A stretch of DNA of 63,332 nt, counting the filler, from Octopus bimaculoides (taxonomy: Eukaryota), in NCBI RefSeq assembly GCF_001194135.2. It is 4 parts of 4 records of this genome, joined end to end, with 100 filler letters (N's around TTAATTAATTAA, not from the genome) between each part and the next. Parts side by side here need not be neighbours in the genome. Positions count along the whole stretch, not along the records: positions 1 to 13,023 come from NC_068987.1; 3 more parts are not named here. The stretch is one strand, 5' to 3'. This document shows, one piece after another, positions 1 to 11,729 of the stretch; position 1 is the first letter of the stretch, and every line of letters begins with the position of its first letter. The notes beneath the pieces were generated by a model. The model saw only the letters and a list, made by a program, of their open reading frames with translations. It was not told where the DNA came from and ran no database searches. The translations under genes were made by a program, and so were the position numbers.

Positions 1-53
<53 letters not shown>

Positions 54-70
54 ATGTGTGTGTGTGTGTG
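1..70. repeat. (TA)n/(TG)n microsatellite
   Basis: Direct reading of dinucleotide tracts. Confidence 0.95.
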
Positions 71-423
71 TTGGGGGTGCATTGAAATGAATACGCTCGC
101 TCGTATGTGTGCGTATGTATGTGTATATGTGTTTCTGTAGATGCTGGTATTTCAGTAGTGTGTGTATGTATGTGTGTGTGTGCGCGTGTATCGGTGTATA
201 CGTAGCTATGGATGTAACTATATCAAAGTGATAGCATACAATGACTTTGGGATATTAGTGTATTGGTTACGCAGGTGTTAATATGTTGATATATTAACCT
301 GTGTGTGTGTGTGTGTGTGTGTGTGGACGTGTGCTTATATTTGTTTTCGTACATACGTAGCTCTGGGCGTTAATATATGGATGTGTTGGTATACCACAAC
401 TTGCGCGTGATCGTGTGATTGCT

Positions 424-1150
424 ATTGCTCTGTAACTCCCAGGAAGCTCTGATAAAGCAGATCTATTACCAAACGCGTTCCAACCATGACATCCCGTTAT
501 TTTTCTCCTTTATCCAACGTGGTCACCTTAAAGATAGTGGTGTCAGGATTGCCAGAGATTTGTCGGCTTTTTCTTGTCGGTCGAGTAATTACATAGAAAC
601 CACTTCTTAGGCTCGTGACTGTTTTTGTTTTTGAATGGCTCATCAGGGTAGATAGAGATTACCTCTAAAATATTCTCAGGGCCTCGGAGACAGGTAGGAG
701 GAAAAGTTACCCTCAGACCAGAAGTCTGGTCCGAATATTTGCTTTACACTGAACTTTGCTAAAGTTACCCAAGAATAGGTGATGGTATTAAACCGGGCGA
801 CGCTTTGTGTGTATTGTTGTATGTCTGTGAGTGTAGTGTGTTAAGTGTGTCAATGAGTGGTTGTATGTCAGCCTCTATGTGTGTGTTGGTATGTGGCATA
901 TGGGTGTTGGCATATAAGCATTTTTATGGTTTAGAGAAAGGAAGAGAACCAGCACTCTATATCTTTTTAAAACCTTTTATTAAGCAGATGAAGGGCAGCG
1001 GCAACGACCCTTCTAAGGGCCTCGGAAACTGGTGGGTATCGAAATGGAATACATCATCATCAGACAACAGATCTGGCTCGACTCTTTGCGGGAGTGTTCT
1101 CACTCAAACACTCCCGCAATGTTTTGAAACAAACCTACGTGTATAAACAA
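424..1150. repeat. Unclassified interspersed repeat or structured cassette
   Basis: Reverse complement carries CATGGTTGGAACGCGTTTGG, similar to motifs at about 34603 and 20280. AGGGCCTCGGA(G/A)AC occurs at 678-691 and 1016-1029. Hairpins at 716-731 and 1086-1119. Confidence 0.4.
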
Positions 1151-1202
1151 ATGAAACAGTTAAGTTACCAACACAAATGTTAGACATTTGAAGAATGCAC
1201 TG

Positions 1203-1236
<34 letters not shown>

Positions 1237-1277
1237 CTTTCCCCCTTTCCTATCACTCCCTCTCTATCTTTCTCTTC

Positions 1278-1322
<45 letters not shown>

Positions 1323-2466
1323 AAGAGAGATAGATGGATGGAGAAAAGCAGAGTTATAGTGGAAATACATAGCTAAAAGTCATAAAATAAATAAAGCCTT
1401 TAGAGCTCTGTGCTGCCTAAAGCTTCGTTTTGGGATAGATCTGCTGGGATAAATACCAATCTTTCTATAGAGCGCTGGACTGTTTACTTTAGGGCATATA
1501 CGTCGAAATAAATCCGCGCGTGCGCACACACACATACAGTCACACACACATACATACACGTGCGCAAATACATAAAACGCCACACACAAATACAAGCACT
1601 CACAAACACGTGCATCTATTTATGGACATCAAAATATACAAACACATCCAAATACGCAAAGACATTCTCAACCCTATTTACATACATACATACAATTGTA
1701 GCTAATTTATCATCTCATGACCCCTGCTACTATTCTCTTCTGCCACTCCAAATTATAGTTGGGGTATTTTTCTCTTTAAGTTCATTCTGCTGCAATAGTA
1801 ACAGCATATATTTCTTTCATTCTCTAGTTCTGATGAAATATTTGCTAAAAATTATAACGGAGTATCCCGTATGTTGAAAACCTATATTTTGCATCCGAAG
1901 ATGGCGGTGTATTTCATATTGATGTAATGCTTGCATTGTTCGATTAAATGGAACCGCATGAAACAGCCGTAATGCATTAATACCTTGATATCCTTGTTAC
2001 TTATTTGCTTTTTATACACATACATATATGTACATACAAATATACACACAACCGCACACGTACACACTCATATGGACGTATTATCATGCACAATCATATT
2101 TATACACGCGCACACACATACTCATTCAAATACAAAGACAAATACACACCAATTACACTTAAATATACACACGCACATGCACACAGACATGCACACAGAA
2201 ACACAAATACTGTATCCTATTATTACATATGTGTATATCTTCATATTATACGCGTAAACACACTCAGACAAATATACCAATATCTACACACAGTGACACA
2301 CCAACACGCACACGTTACGCATGGAAACCGAATCAAAGAGCGAGCCTCTACATGGGCTAGAAAGAAACAACCAAATCAGTTTCAAATCACTCGTCATCGT
2401 CATAAAACAGTTGATCCTTTATTTTTTTTCATCCCAGGGCAGTGGACTAAAATGAGTTATCTCTTT

Positions 2467-2479
2467 CGCGCGCGCGCGC
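2467..2479. repeat. (CG)6 tract followed by (CA)n
   Basis: cgcgcgcgcgcgc then aacacacacac, immediately before the Penelope-like remnant. Confidence 0.9.
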
Positions 2480-2492
2480 AACACACACACGT

Positions 2493-2840
2493 TGCCTAAC
2501 AGCTTTAAACTTCGGACACTAACAACATGCGGTATTCAATCCGAGCGAAACAGAGTTCAGCTAACGAGAAACCCCTTATTACATCGCCTGATGAGACGCT
2601 TCTGCACCGGGGGATGCACCACAACTAGTTGTATAGCTCCCCACCCGCGAGGGATCGTTGCAGGATGTGTCGAAACGATCGTTGTGAGCAATAACGTTTT
2701 CCGTGTATTCCATTTCCCGTCTTCATCGTTTGTTTTATACTCAACATACACTGAGATAGATCCAGTGTCATCTGTGTAATTATCATGGATGACGTCAGGT
2801 AGCCATAGACAGTGCTTTATCGGCGTACTACTAGGAACAT
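2493..2840 (+). mobile_element. Penelope-like element 3' remnant (end of GIY-YIG ORF plus pLTR-like region with hammerhead)
   Basis: Translation FKLRTLTTCGIQSE resembles the C-terminal FKL.TL.P.G(L/I)N.E motif of Penelope-like GIY-YIG domains, and a hammerhead core follows about 30-40 nt later. Confidence 0.55.
2576..2694 (+). ncRNA. Type I hammerhead ribozyme with enlarged multibranch stem II
   Basis: Stem I 2576-2587/2684-2694; CUGAUGA 2588-2594; stem II 2595-2606/2659-2671; GAAA 2672-2675; palindromic stem III CGAUCG 2676-2681; GUU cleavage triplet 2681-2683. Confidence 0.75.
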
Positions 2841-2857
2841 ACCCAACACCTAAATAT

Positions 2858-3067
2858 TTTTTACTCTAGGCACAAGGCTCGAAATTTTGGGGGAGTGGGC
2901 CAGTCGATTAGATCAACCCAATACGCAGCTGGTACTTAATTTATCGACCCCGAGAGGATGAAAGGCAAAGTCGACCTCGGCGGAATTTGAACTCAGAACG
3001 TAAAGGCAGACGAAACACCGCTAAGCATTTCGGCCAGCATGCTAACGTTTCTGCCAACTCGCCGTCT
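2858..3067 (-). mobile_element. tRNA-derived SINE family A, tail type 1
   Basis: Sense strand GGCGAGTTGGCAGAAACGTTAG...CTGAGTTCAAATTCC (A/B-box-like). 16-bp TSD CCCAACACCTAAATAT at 2842-2857 and 3068-3083. Confidence 0.9.
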
Positions 3068-3083
3068 CCCAACACCTAAATAT

Positions 3084-3316
3084 CTACTTCTTTATTGCCC
3101 ACAGGGGCTAAACCTAGAGGGGACAAACAAGGACAGACAAAGAGGTTAAGTCGATTATATCGACCCCAGTGCGTAACTGGTACTTATTTAATTGACCCCG
3201 AAAGGATGAAAGGCAAAGTCGACCTCGGCGTAATTTGAACTCAGAACGTAACGGCAGATGAAATACCGCTAAGCATTTCGCCCGGCGTGCTAACGCTTCT
3301 GCCAGCTCACCGCCCT
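3084..3316 (-). mobile_element. tRNA-derived SINE family A, tail type 2
   Basis: Same head and core as 2858-3067 with a different tail (GTCCTTGTTTGTCCCCTC...CCCTGTGGGCAATAAAGAA). Flanked by target copies at 3068-3083 and 3316-3331. Confidence 0.9.
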
Positions 3317-3462
3317 CCAACTCCTAAATATTAACTTACACAAACACAAATACACACAAACCTTATTTCGTATTAAGTCTGACTCTTTCCCTTTGGAAAT
3401 AACCCCCAGAACACTGTCTGTATATATCGATGGTAAAACATTTCGACAAAATAATGTGTGCA

Positions 3463-3526
<64 letters not shown>

Positions 3527-3840
3527 TGTGTGTGTGCGTACGCGTATTTCTATTATGTATGTTCGTATGTGTTTTATAGGCATTCAAATGCGCCACCGCT
3601 TGGATACTTATAAAAGATTTTTCTTTGTTGCAAGCATTTGGGCTATCTCCCCAATTTGAGGGTAATTTTATCTCTCTGTTCTTCCCAACCCCTACTATCT
3701 TCGAAGGCCTCGTGAAAGGTCATGGATACTGCACTTATACATGATTGAGTGAGACATAGTCCGAAGGTCAGCAACAGTGAACTTCTTTTAAGGTTCTCAA
3801 CGAGAGAGTTGAAGAATTTGCTGTTTTGCATTTCAAGTCG

Positions 3841-4222
3841 TTGTTGGCACTCCGTCGCTTACGACGTCGAGGGTTCCAGTTGATCCGATCAACGGAACAG
3901 CCTGCTCGTGAAATTAACGTGCAAGTGGCTGAGCACTCCACAGACACGTGCATCCTTAACGTAGTTCTCGGGGATATTCAGCGTGACACAGTGTGACAAG
4001 GCTGACCCTTTGAATTACAGGCACAACAGAAACAGGAAGTAAGAGTGAGAGAAAGTTGTGGTGAAAGAGTACAGCAGGGTTCGCCACCATCCCCTGCCGG
4101 AGCCTCGTAGAGCTTTAGGTGTTTTCGGTCAATAAACACTCACAACGCCCGGTCTGGGAATCGAAACCGCGATCCTATGACCGCGAGTCTGCTGCCCTAA
4201 CCACTGGGCTATTGCGCCTCCA
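3841..4222 (-). mobile_element. tRNA-derived SINE family C, full length
   Basis: Head GGAGGCGCAATAGCCCAGTGGTTAGG...GGTTTCGATTCCC. Perfect 12-bp TSD CATTTCAAGTCG at 3829-3840 and 4223-4234. Confidence 0.9.
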
Positions 4223-4544
4223 CATTTCAAGTCGACCCTGATCAATTAGACCGTTTGTACATCTGTTGTTTCAGATGTACCAATCATCTGCATATCTGTT
4301 GACATTCTGCACTCTCCAACATGCAGTGGTGAAATATGTGATAGTGGACATATATTCTTTCCACAGTCTAATGTATTTCCATAGATTCTGGTGATGGCCT
4401 CAACACAAGCAGGCAAAGTGGACTCGGTCGGAGCGCAATAATTGCTGCTCCTTTCTACTTACCATTGGTAGTGTACATCCCAGCATAGTACTTTGGGTTA
4501 ATGAAGCTATTGATGCCACAGCTATTTCTGCGTGTATGTATATT

Positions 4545-4583
<39 letters not shown>

Positions 4584-4920
4584 TTCGAGCATTTATCTTT
4601 TCGTTTATTTACTTATTCAGATATTATTTTTGAGTATGCTTGTGTACAGATATATATCTGCATGCTTATTGTGTCGTATCATCAATCTCTTAATTTCTCT
4701 ATTTGTCTTTCTTACTTTGTCAAATGACATTGCCGTTTTAGCTCCTTTTCTGATTGTAATAATGATTTTTTTTTCCTAGTGGGATTTTATTTGTTCGTAT
4801 AATCTTTCTTGAAGTGATGGCTATTGAGAATGTAATATCTTAGTCTGAATTCAAATTGTGGCTAGATTTATGTATATTATTTATTATGTATATTTCTTTG
4901 AATTAATGAATATTACATAT

Positions 4921-4993
4921 ATGTACACACACACACACACACACAGACACACACGCATACATACAGACATACATACATACATACATACATACA

Positions 4994-5026
<33 letters not shown>

Positions 5027-5107
5027 GCATGCGTGCATACATACGCACACACACAAACAAGCATACATACATACATACACACATACATACATACATACAT
5101 ACATACA

Positions 5108-5140
<33 letters not shown>
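4921..5140. repeat. (CA)n/(TACA)n compound microsatellite
   Basis: Direct reading; explains the overlapping low-complexity ORFs. Confidence 0.95.
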
Positions 5141-5379
5141 GTAATATATATACATAATATATATGATATATACATAATATGCCATAAAATTTCTCGGGCA
5201 GAAACACAGATATATGGACTATGACAACTAGAATGAAATGAAAAGATTAAGATTAACTTCTAAACGAAATCTGTGGATAAATCTCTCAATCTAGCTCTAA
5301 GACATTTATATATATCTTTTGTAAGATTCCATACCTCAGTCTATTATAAAGAAAAAGAAAATTAAATCTCTGGAATTAA

Positions 5380-6420
5380 AATATGTATTAATGACAATAA
5401 TTGTAATAGCTTTTTCACTGGCCACAGGGGACCATCACATAAAATATAAACCTTTTTAATGTAGTGGTAATGGTGGATACAAAAGCGTTACAAAATATGC
5501 GGAGGAATACGTATACAAGGAGCGGTGGAGAAGCAGAACGTAATTCAACACAGAATCTAATTAGAAACTAATCCGCAATGTATCCATACAAAGGCACCAC
5601 AAAAGAGTATCAAATTTTGGGGTTCAAATGCTTCCCTTGTCACCGTCTACCTTACTCACTGTGGAATTGCCATTTTCTGGTTATAAGCTTCTTATAAAAT
5701 TCAAGAAGTTGTCCCTTCCCAAGCATACCGGTTTCGTTTCTTCTACACACCTTTAATCAACTTTGCTTGAGAATGACATCACATTCTCCACACTAATCTT
5801 TCTTTCCAAATGATACAGGAAAAAGCTTATCAAATATTGGTTGAGAAAGAAAGTGTTTGACTCCTGTCATTTCAGCTGATTTTACCCCACAACCTCTTTC
5901 TCCATAGCTACAAGACAATTACTTGCTCTTTCTAGTCAAACGAACGCAACAAGGCGATCATCACAATAAACTAGTATCCTTTACGATGGAGTCGTCTAAC
6001 TGCCAGATACATCCTATTGATAAAAACAACTGTTCGACGTAATATCGCAAGTCAAAAATAACCTTTGGACACAAAACTAGTACATGCAGAATGGCTTCGT
6101 TATGCAGATCCGTGTTTGTAGAGTTTATTCCAAGTCGGCAATGACTCACAGCCGGATTGTCCGAAGTTGACTATCGTCCCTAGTTTACAAGTTTTACAGA
6201 ATAACTTTTCAGGCGATCTTCCTTGATTTTAGAGTCTCCTCGTGGATATTTTCCCGCTTGGTCTCTACCAATCCTCTATAGAATATAAAAGTTGACATTT
6301 TACTGATGACAGAGAACATTCAAAATGTCAGCTGCCCAATCTTGGTCTTTGCTTAATCGGGGACAGAGAGACAATGTGTAGGAAGAAGAACCTACCAAAC
6401 GATGACTACATCTGCTCACA
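5380..6420 (+). pseudogene. Possible highly decayed Penelope-like RT/GIY-YIG coding remnant
   Basis: Ordered, frameshifted motif echoes: YQIL.G.QM.PLSP (about 5608-5645), QNGF (about 6088), AGLSE (about 6152), LYRI (about 6275), IG.TER (about 6355). Weak, by-eye alignment only. Confidence 0.35.
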
Positions 6421-6489
6421 GTTCAATATTCTTTTCAGTCTCAAAGCATATCTTTCTATTATTAGCCACGTCAAAGTGAGTCCCCCGCC

Positions 6490-6770
6490 CCCACACGATG
6501 TATCAGCCACAACAAACAATAACGTATTTCTAAAGTAACGGAGAAATTTCCCAAATATAAAGATCTAGAAATAAAGATTATCAGAATGTAAAGACTGAAA
6601 ACAGAAGCAATTCCTATAATAATAGGTGCCTTAGGAATTATAAAAAAAGATGCTGACAAATATATAACCGAAACATCAGAAATTATAAACACACAACGTA
6701 CCTAAAAAGGCACAACACTACTAGACAGCTCTGCCAGGTATTACATAAATTAGTTTTAATTCAATGGAAA
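6490..6770 (+). mobile_element. R4/Dong-like non-LTR retrotransposon, 3' RLE fragment
   Basis: Translation DVSA..NNVFLK.TEKFPKYKDLEIKIIRM*RLKTEAIPIIIGALGIIKK matches the C-terminus of a restriction-like endonuclease. Confidence 0.8.
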
Positions 6771-7199
6771 GCGTAAAGCTGAAACAAATCATTGCATCTC
6801 GCCAAGGTACGCAGAGATGCACTTGATTGTGCAGTGAAGCCATAAAAATAAAACTAGTGAAGAAGACAATAATGCCCAATTATCAAAAGACTGAATGATC
6901 TGTTCTATTCAGCAGTAGTGGTAATTTTGAGGGGAACTGAGTTAAATAGAACGAGACCATTATCAGTCAAAGTCTACAAAAATGTGTAAAAATAGCATCA
7001 CCTGACTACGTGACCGACCAGATTATCGGATGTTGTTAAACATCGCTGATCACAATGCGCTTTGCATCGTTTTAGCTTTCGAATGATGCCAACCCACTGG
7101 CTAGCTTAGGTTTCGAAACGTCTTCGAGATCGTAGGTATTGTTTGCTTCTCAAGAACAAACCCATAACAAAATACTAGGGCGTAATATCAGAAATAAAC

Positions 7200-9460
7200 C
7201 ACAGAGGGCCGGAAAGCATAAAGAATAAAAAGTACGACATAACAGCAATCATGCCCCATCGTAGACGACAATGAGTTCACCAACACTTTGAGAACCACAA
7301 GTCACTGGAAAACCCCCTGTGATTGTAAAAGTCCCCAATTTGTGGTCGAAGTCCTGACCAACAGTCATGATTCTGTAATAGCAGCAAGCAATGTATACTG
7401 GTAAGCAAACTAGAGTTAACACATGAAAGGTTCCTGGTTGGTGGGATAACATTAAATCAACAAAACATGCTGGCTAACAACATACAGATCACCTTTACTC
7501 CAAAAGAGTATTGACATAAGAGCTTTGTATGGCTTCTCACCTGGAGAGCAAAAGCATCTTACTGGACAAACAGAAAAAAGTACTTGGAAGGGACGTATGG
7601 CTTGAAGAGCGGTTCTAGATGAGCTATTCCGACCACAAAAATAGCGGAAAATAAATCTTAGTATGGTATTTCATACTAAACCATATTCTTGAATTCTGGA
7701 TACAGGTCATATAAATAAGTAGTTAATACGGTACACCAACCATGCAATATTAAAACGGAAAACACCTGTTATTACATTGCAAAGAGATGATTAAATGCAG
7801 CTCTACATCCACGAAAAAGAGTATATTTAAAGAAGACTCCTCACCCTTTCTAGTCTTCAGAGTTGTCCTAATTCTATTTAAAAAAATGTAGAATTAAACC
7901 ACTAATGGTTACATATGCCACGGATCAATTAGAAACCATCACTTCTACATGGATGATTTCAAAACTATTTACAATACTCAGCTGGAAAATCTACTTGAAA
8001 ATGTTAATGGATTCAGCCAAGATATTAAAATCAGTGTGACAAGACAAATGTGCCAAAAGCTACAATAAAAAGAGTGAAATTAATTAGAACTGACATTATA
8101 ATAATTCAGATACTGAAATTAGAGAATTAAGCCAGAATAAATATTCAAGCAGAGATGAAAGAGATAAGACACAGCACACAGAAATAAAAAAAAGTATTTT
8201 TGAAAAAAGAGTCTAACAGAAGAATTTAACTTCTATTAAAAAAATTGAACTCGATGCTAGAAATATGACAGTAGTAATCTCAGTTATAAGCTAAAGCTTC
8301 AACATGATAACGGGGAAGTTAAGATTTCGCTTAAGACAGAAGCTTCTTCACTACACTTTAACAACATTTAAAGACCACCACTCCAAAGTTGATACATGTA
8401 GGATACACTTACTCCGTACATAGAAAGTTCAGAGCCTAGTCCTACATTTAGAGAATTTCTATAAAGTAACGAGAGTGGAACAAGAAAAATATTTGGAAGC
8501 CGGTTGAGTTGTTTAACAAAGAAACATGAATAAACAAGAACTTTCCTCTTTAAACGAAGGAACAGTGAAAGAATGAAGGAACAATGAAGGCATTAGAAAC
8601 TGGAAGCTAATTAAATTCAGATAAGGATAAAAGAACAGAAAAGGCTAAAAACAAATGATAAAATAAAAACAGAATTCCAAGATATACAAAAGAGGAAAAA
8701 GGAAAAAAAAGTCTTTCCATGCCTAATATTCTGCAAGAAGCAACGGAAAGGAAGTAAGCCGGAGTGAAAGCTAACTCTGTCTCAGCTGTCTCAAAAGTTC
8801 TGAACTAAATCTAAAAATGTGGGTTATGATTTTAGCTGTACATAATCAATGAATAACTTCAAATGATTTTAAGAAAATTATAATATAGCAAGAGCTAATA
8901 TCAATTACAAGTACTCTAATCATTACAATAAAACAATTGACACTTCTGGCTGCACAGTCCTTGACAAGTTCGAATATATGATGTAATCAAAAGCCATATC
9001 CACTGGGTAATATACCGACGCTTCAATTTGGAAACGTATAAGAAGTGACATGAACAACATGTACCAAACATAGAACATGATAACGTTCTGGGATATGCCA
9101 GTCCACACTTGTGAATAGAATAGGGCAAAATCAAGGATAGGGACAAAATTCTCTTTACGACATCTGATCAAAACTTTGCTTGAAATGAGATCGAGAAACT
9201 ATCAATGTATAAGGATTTTGAAGTTGAAATCAGCAGGATGTGAAACATGAAAGCGATACAAGTGCCGATAATAATTGGTGCAAAAAGTATGATTTAAAAA
9301 AAATACAAACAAAACAAAATAAAAAACAACATATTGACCCACCGGTCTACACCAAACCAAGAAATAATTCTGGGATGTATAACGGGAACACTATGCAAAC
9401 ACTTTCAATCTAATAACATGACTCACGCTTCACTTTCTGCACAGTTCTCTCAACACATTT
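7200..9460 (+). mobile_element. Decayed R4/Dong-like LINE (RT plus RLE)
   Basis: YMDD at 7946-7957; FSQDI..DKCAK downstream; WDMPVHT at 9089-9109; EKLSMYKDFEVEISRM at 9193-9240; many stops and frameshifts. Confidence 0.8.
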
Positions 9461-10329
9461 CACTATTAAACCATCGTCGTCTAGTAAAGTCACCAGACTC
9501 ACAAAGCACGTGCTACCCAACAAGATAATGCATTTTTACATAACTGACAGACACCCGACTTTATAACACTACAAATAACTCATACAACTTATATTATACC
9601 CGATTGTTTCTCAATAGTATAACACAGAATATACAGTACATTATCTGCTAAACAACTAACATCACGTACTAAACCACGTAACACGACGGATATAAAACAT
9701 ACTATACACAATAACCAGCCAAAAGAAAAAGAAGATAAAACAATTCACGTTGGATATACTTAACAGCTGGACAAAAGCACTAAATTAACATCAGAAGCAA
9801 TATAACAAAACAGATGTATCACTCAACACGATACTATATTCTCATAAGACAATGCAGTACATATCTTAGGAATACGGAAGTACGTCTGGTTGTTCACTAG
9901 ACACTCGCATAAGGAAAATGTCACAAGGAGTGGCATTTTTAAAATGATGAAGTGTAATTTCAAACAGACTGTTGCTATTTCTAGCAGTTCCAGCGATCAA
10001 ACAGAGGTTCCCTTGTCGTTCTTTTGTTTAAGCCCGTTTAATTGCTTATTCAAGTTTGATCGATCAAAGCCTAAATAAGCAATTAAATGGATCACCATTG
10101 GTTTTCGACTTTAAGTGTGTTTTATGGGAGGTGTGTTACAGATTGAACTGAACCCACTACACGATCGAAACTTATTTTATTGACACTGAAAAGGGTAGCA
10201 AAAGTATTATCTTCAGAAGTAGTGGTAAAACTATCAACAATAGTAGCAATATCAGTAGTAGTAGTGATTTCTAAGACTCATTAATTTTGAATGGATGGGG
10301 GATAGGAAATCTAATTTATCTCAGATGAA

Positions 10330-10395
10330 CGAGACGTAAAGTCGACTACAGTTGGATTTGAACTCAGAACTTAAAGGGATGTAAATAAATACCAC
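10330..10395 (-). mobile_element. SINE family A internal fragment
   Basis: AAAGTCGAC...GGATTTGAACTCAGAAC core. Confidence 0.6.
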
Positions 10396-10519
10396 ATTTC
10401 AGATATTTTCATCCACGGCCCATAACTGTTATAACAATACTCAGGGTTACAGAGAGAGGCAAAATGGCAACAAGCAACAAGTGGAACAATAACAGCAGTA
10501 ACTGTAACAACAGCAGCTG

Positions 10520-10556
10520 CACCTCCACCACCACCACCATCATCATCACCATCATC

Positions 10557-10644
<88 letters not shown>

Positions 10645-10651
10645 CCATCAC

Positions 10652-10713
<62 letters not shown>

Positions 10714-10725
10714 ACAACAACAATA
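10520..10725. repeat. (CAT)n trinucleotide repeat
   Basis: About 60 CAT/CAC units; source of the poly-M and poly-I ORFs. Confidence 0.97.
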
Positions 10726-11305
10726 AAAACTACTGCAACAACTTAAATTGTTTGAAAACGAACTTTATGGATTTCTGAAGCCTTGAAGTTATAATTAATA
10801 ACTCATTTGTAATATGACCGTCATTAAGATATGAAAAACAAAAAAAAATGTTGCATGAGTGTGTATGTGCACGCACGCTTGTGTGTATGTGTGTGTATAT
10901 GTATGTGTGTGTGCGTGTGTGCGTGCGTGTGTATGTTTTTGGTACGTGTATTAGTGTGGGTATACAGGAAAACAGACATAAAGATGAAAGCTCTCATCAC
11001 CACTCAAAGAAATTGTCCAACTTTCCAACCAGCAAGAGACGTATCCTTTACCATTCCTTCAGTAATTTATCAATTCTCCTCAACTTCGAATTATTAAAGG
11101 GACGTAAAACTACCCGCAATATATTATTGTATAACAGCGTGAATATTTCAATACTTGAAGTGTATGGCTGTAACTGTTGACACGCTCAAGTATTTCCAAT
11201 GCAGAGAACCTAACAAACTCAATGACCTTGGAACCTGTTGATATACGTATGTATGTATGTATGTATGTATGTATGTATGTATGTATATATGAATGTATGT
11301 ATGTA

Positions 11306-11691
11306 TCTGGTAGATTCAAATGTAAATATGCTTGTCGTTGTATACTTCACTGGAAAACAGCGTCTTCCTTTTACGACGATATTGTTTTTTATAAAATATT
11401 TGGTTCATTGGTGTAAGGGATTCTAGGACACCGGTGTTTCAGCATGTTGTGTCTCTTTAGCGAGAGGTACCTGAAACTTTGGGCTTAAGGAAGCCACTGG
11501 TTTTTGCTTATAATTTCAGCGAATGAACTCTCTGCTGATGGCTGACGTGACTCAACATGTCGAAATACCGGTGTCCCAGAGTCCCTCGCACCAATGCACC
11601 TAATATGTTATGAACACCTCATCATAAAAGTTTTTCGCTGCCTGTGACGTACATAGCAGCGACTAGCATATTTATGTTCGAATCTGCCGGA
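11306..11691. repeat. 386-bp imperfect inverted repeat (rod-like foldback or MITE-like)
   Basis: Arms pair almost to the centre, e.g. TCTGGTAGATTCAAATGTAAATATGC vs GCATATTTATGTTCGAATCTGCCGGA, and GGACACCGGTGTTTC vs GAAATACCGGTGTCC. Confidence 0.85.
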
Positions 11692-11729
11692 GCGTATTAA
11701 GAATAAATGAAAATTGAACATAGTTGTCA

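Noticed and set aside
640-660. CTGATGA on the minus strand
   Set aside because: No stem II closing onto a GAAA in the right position, so not a hammerhead
4440-4530. Minus-strand GTAAGT donor preceded by a short open frame
   Set aside because: No polypyrimidine tract upstream (AAAT repeat) and the peptide is not recognisable
10409-10778. Poly-Met and poly-Ile ORFs
   Set aside because: Translations of a (CAT)n microsatellite
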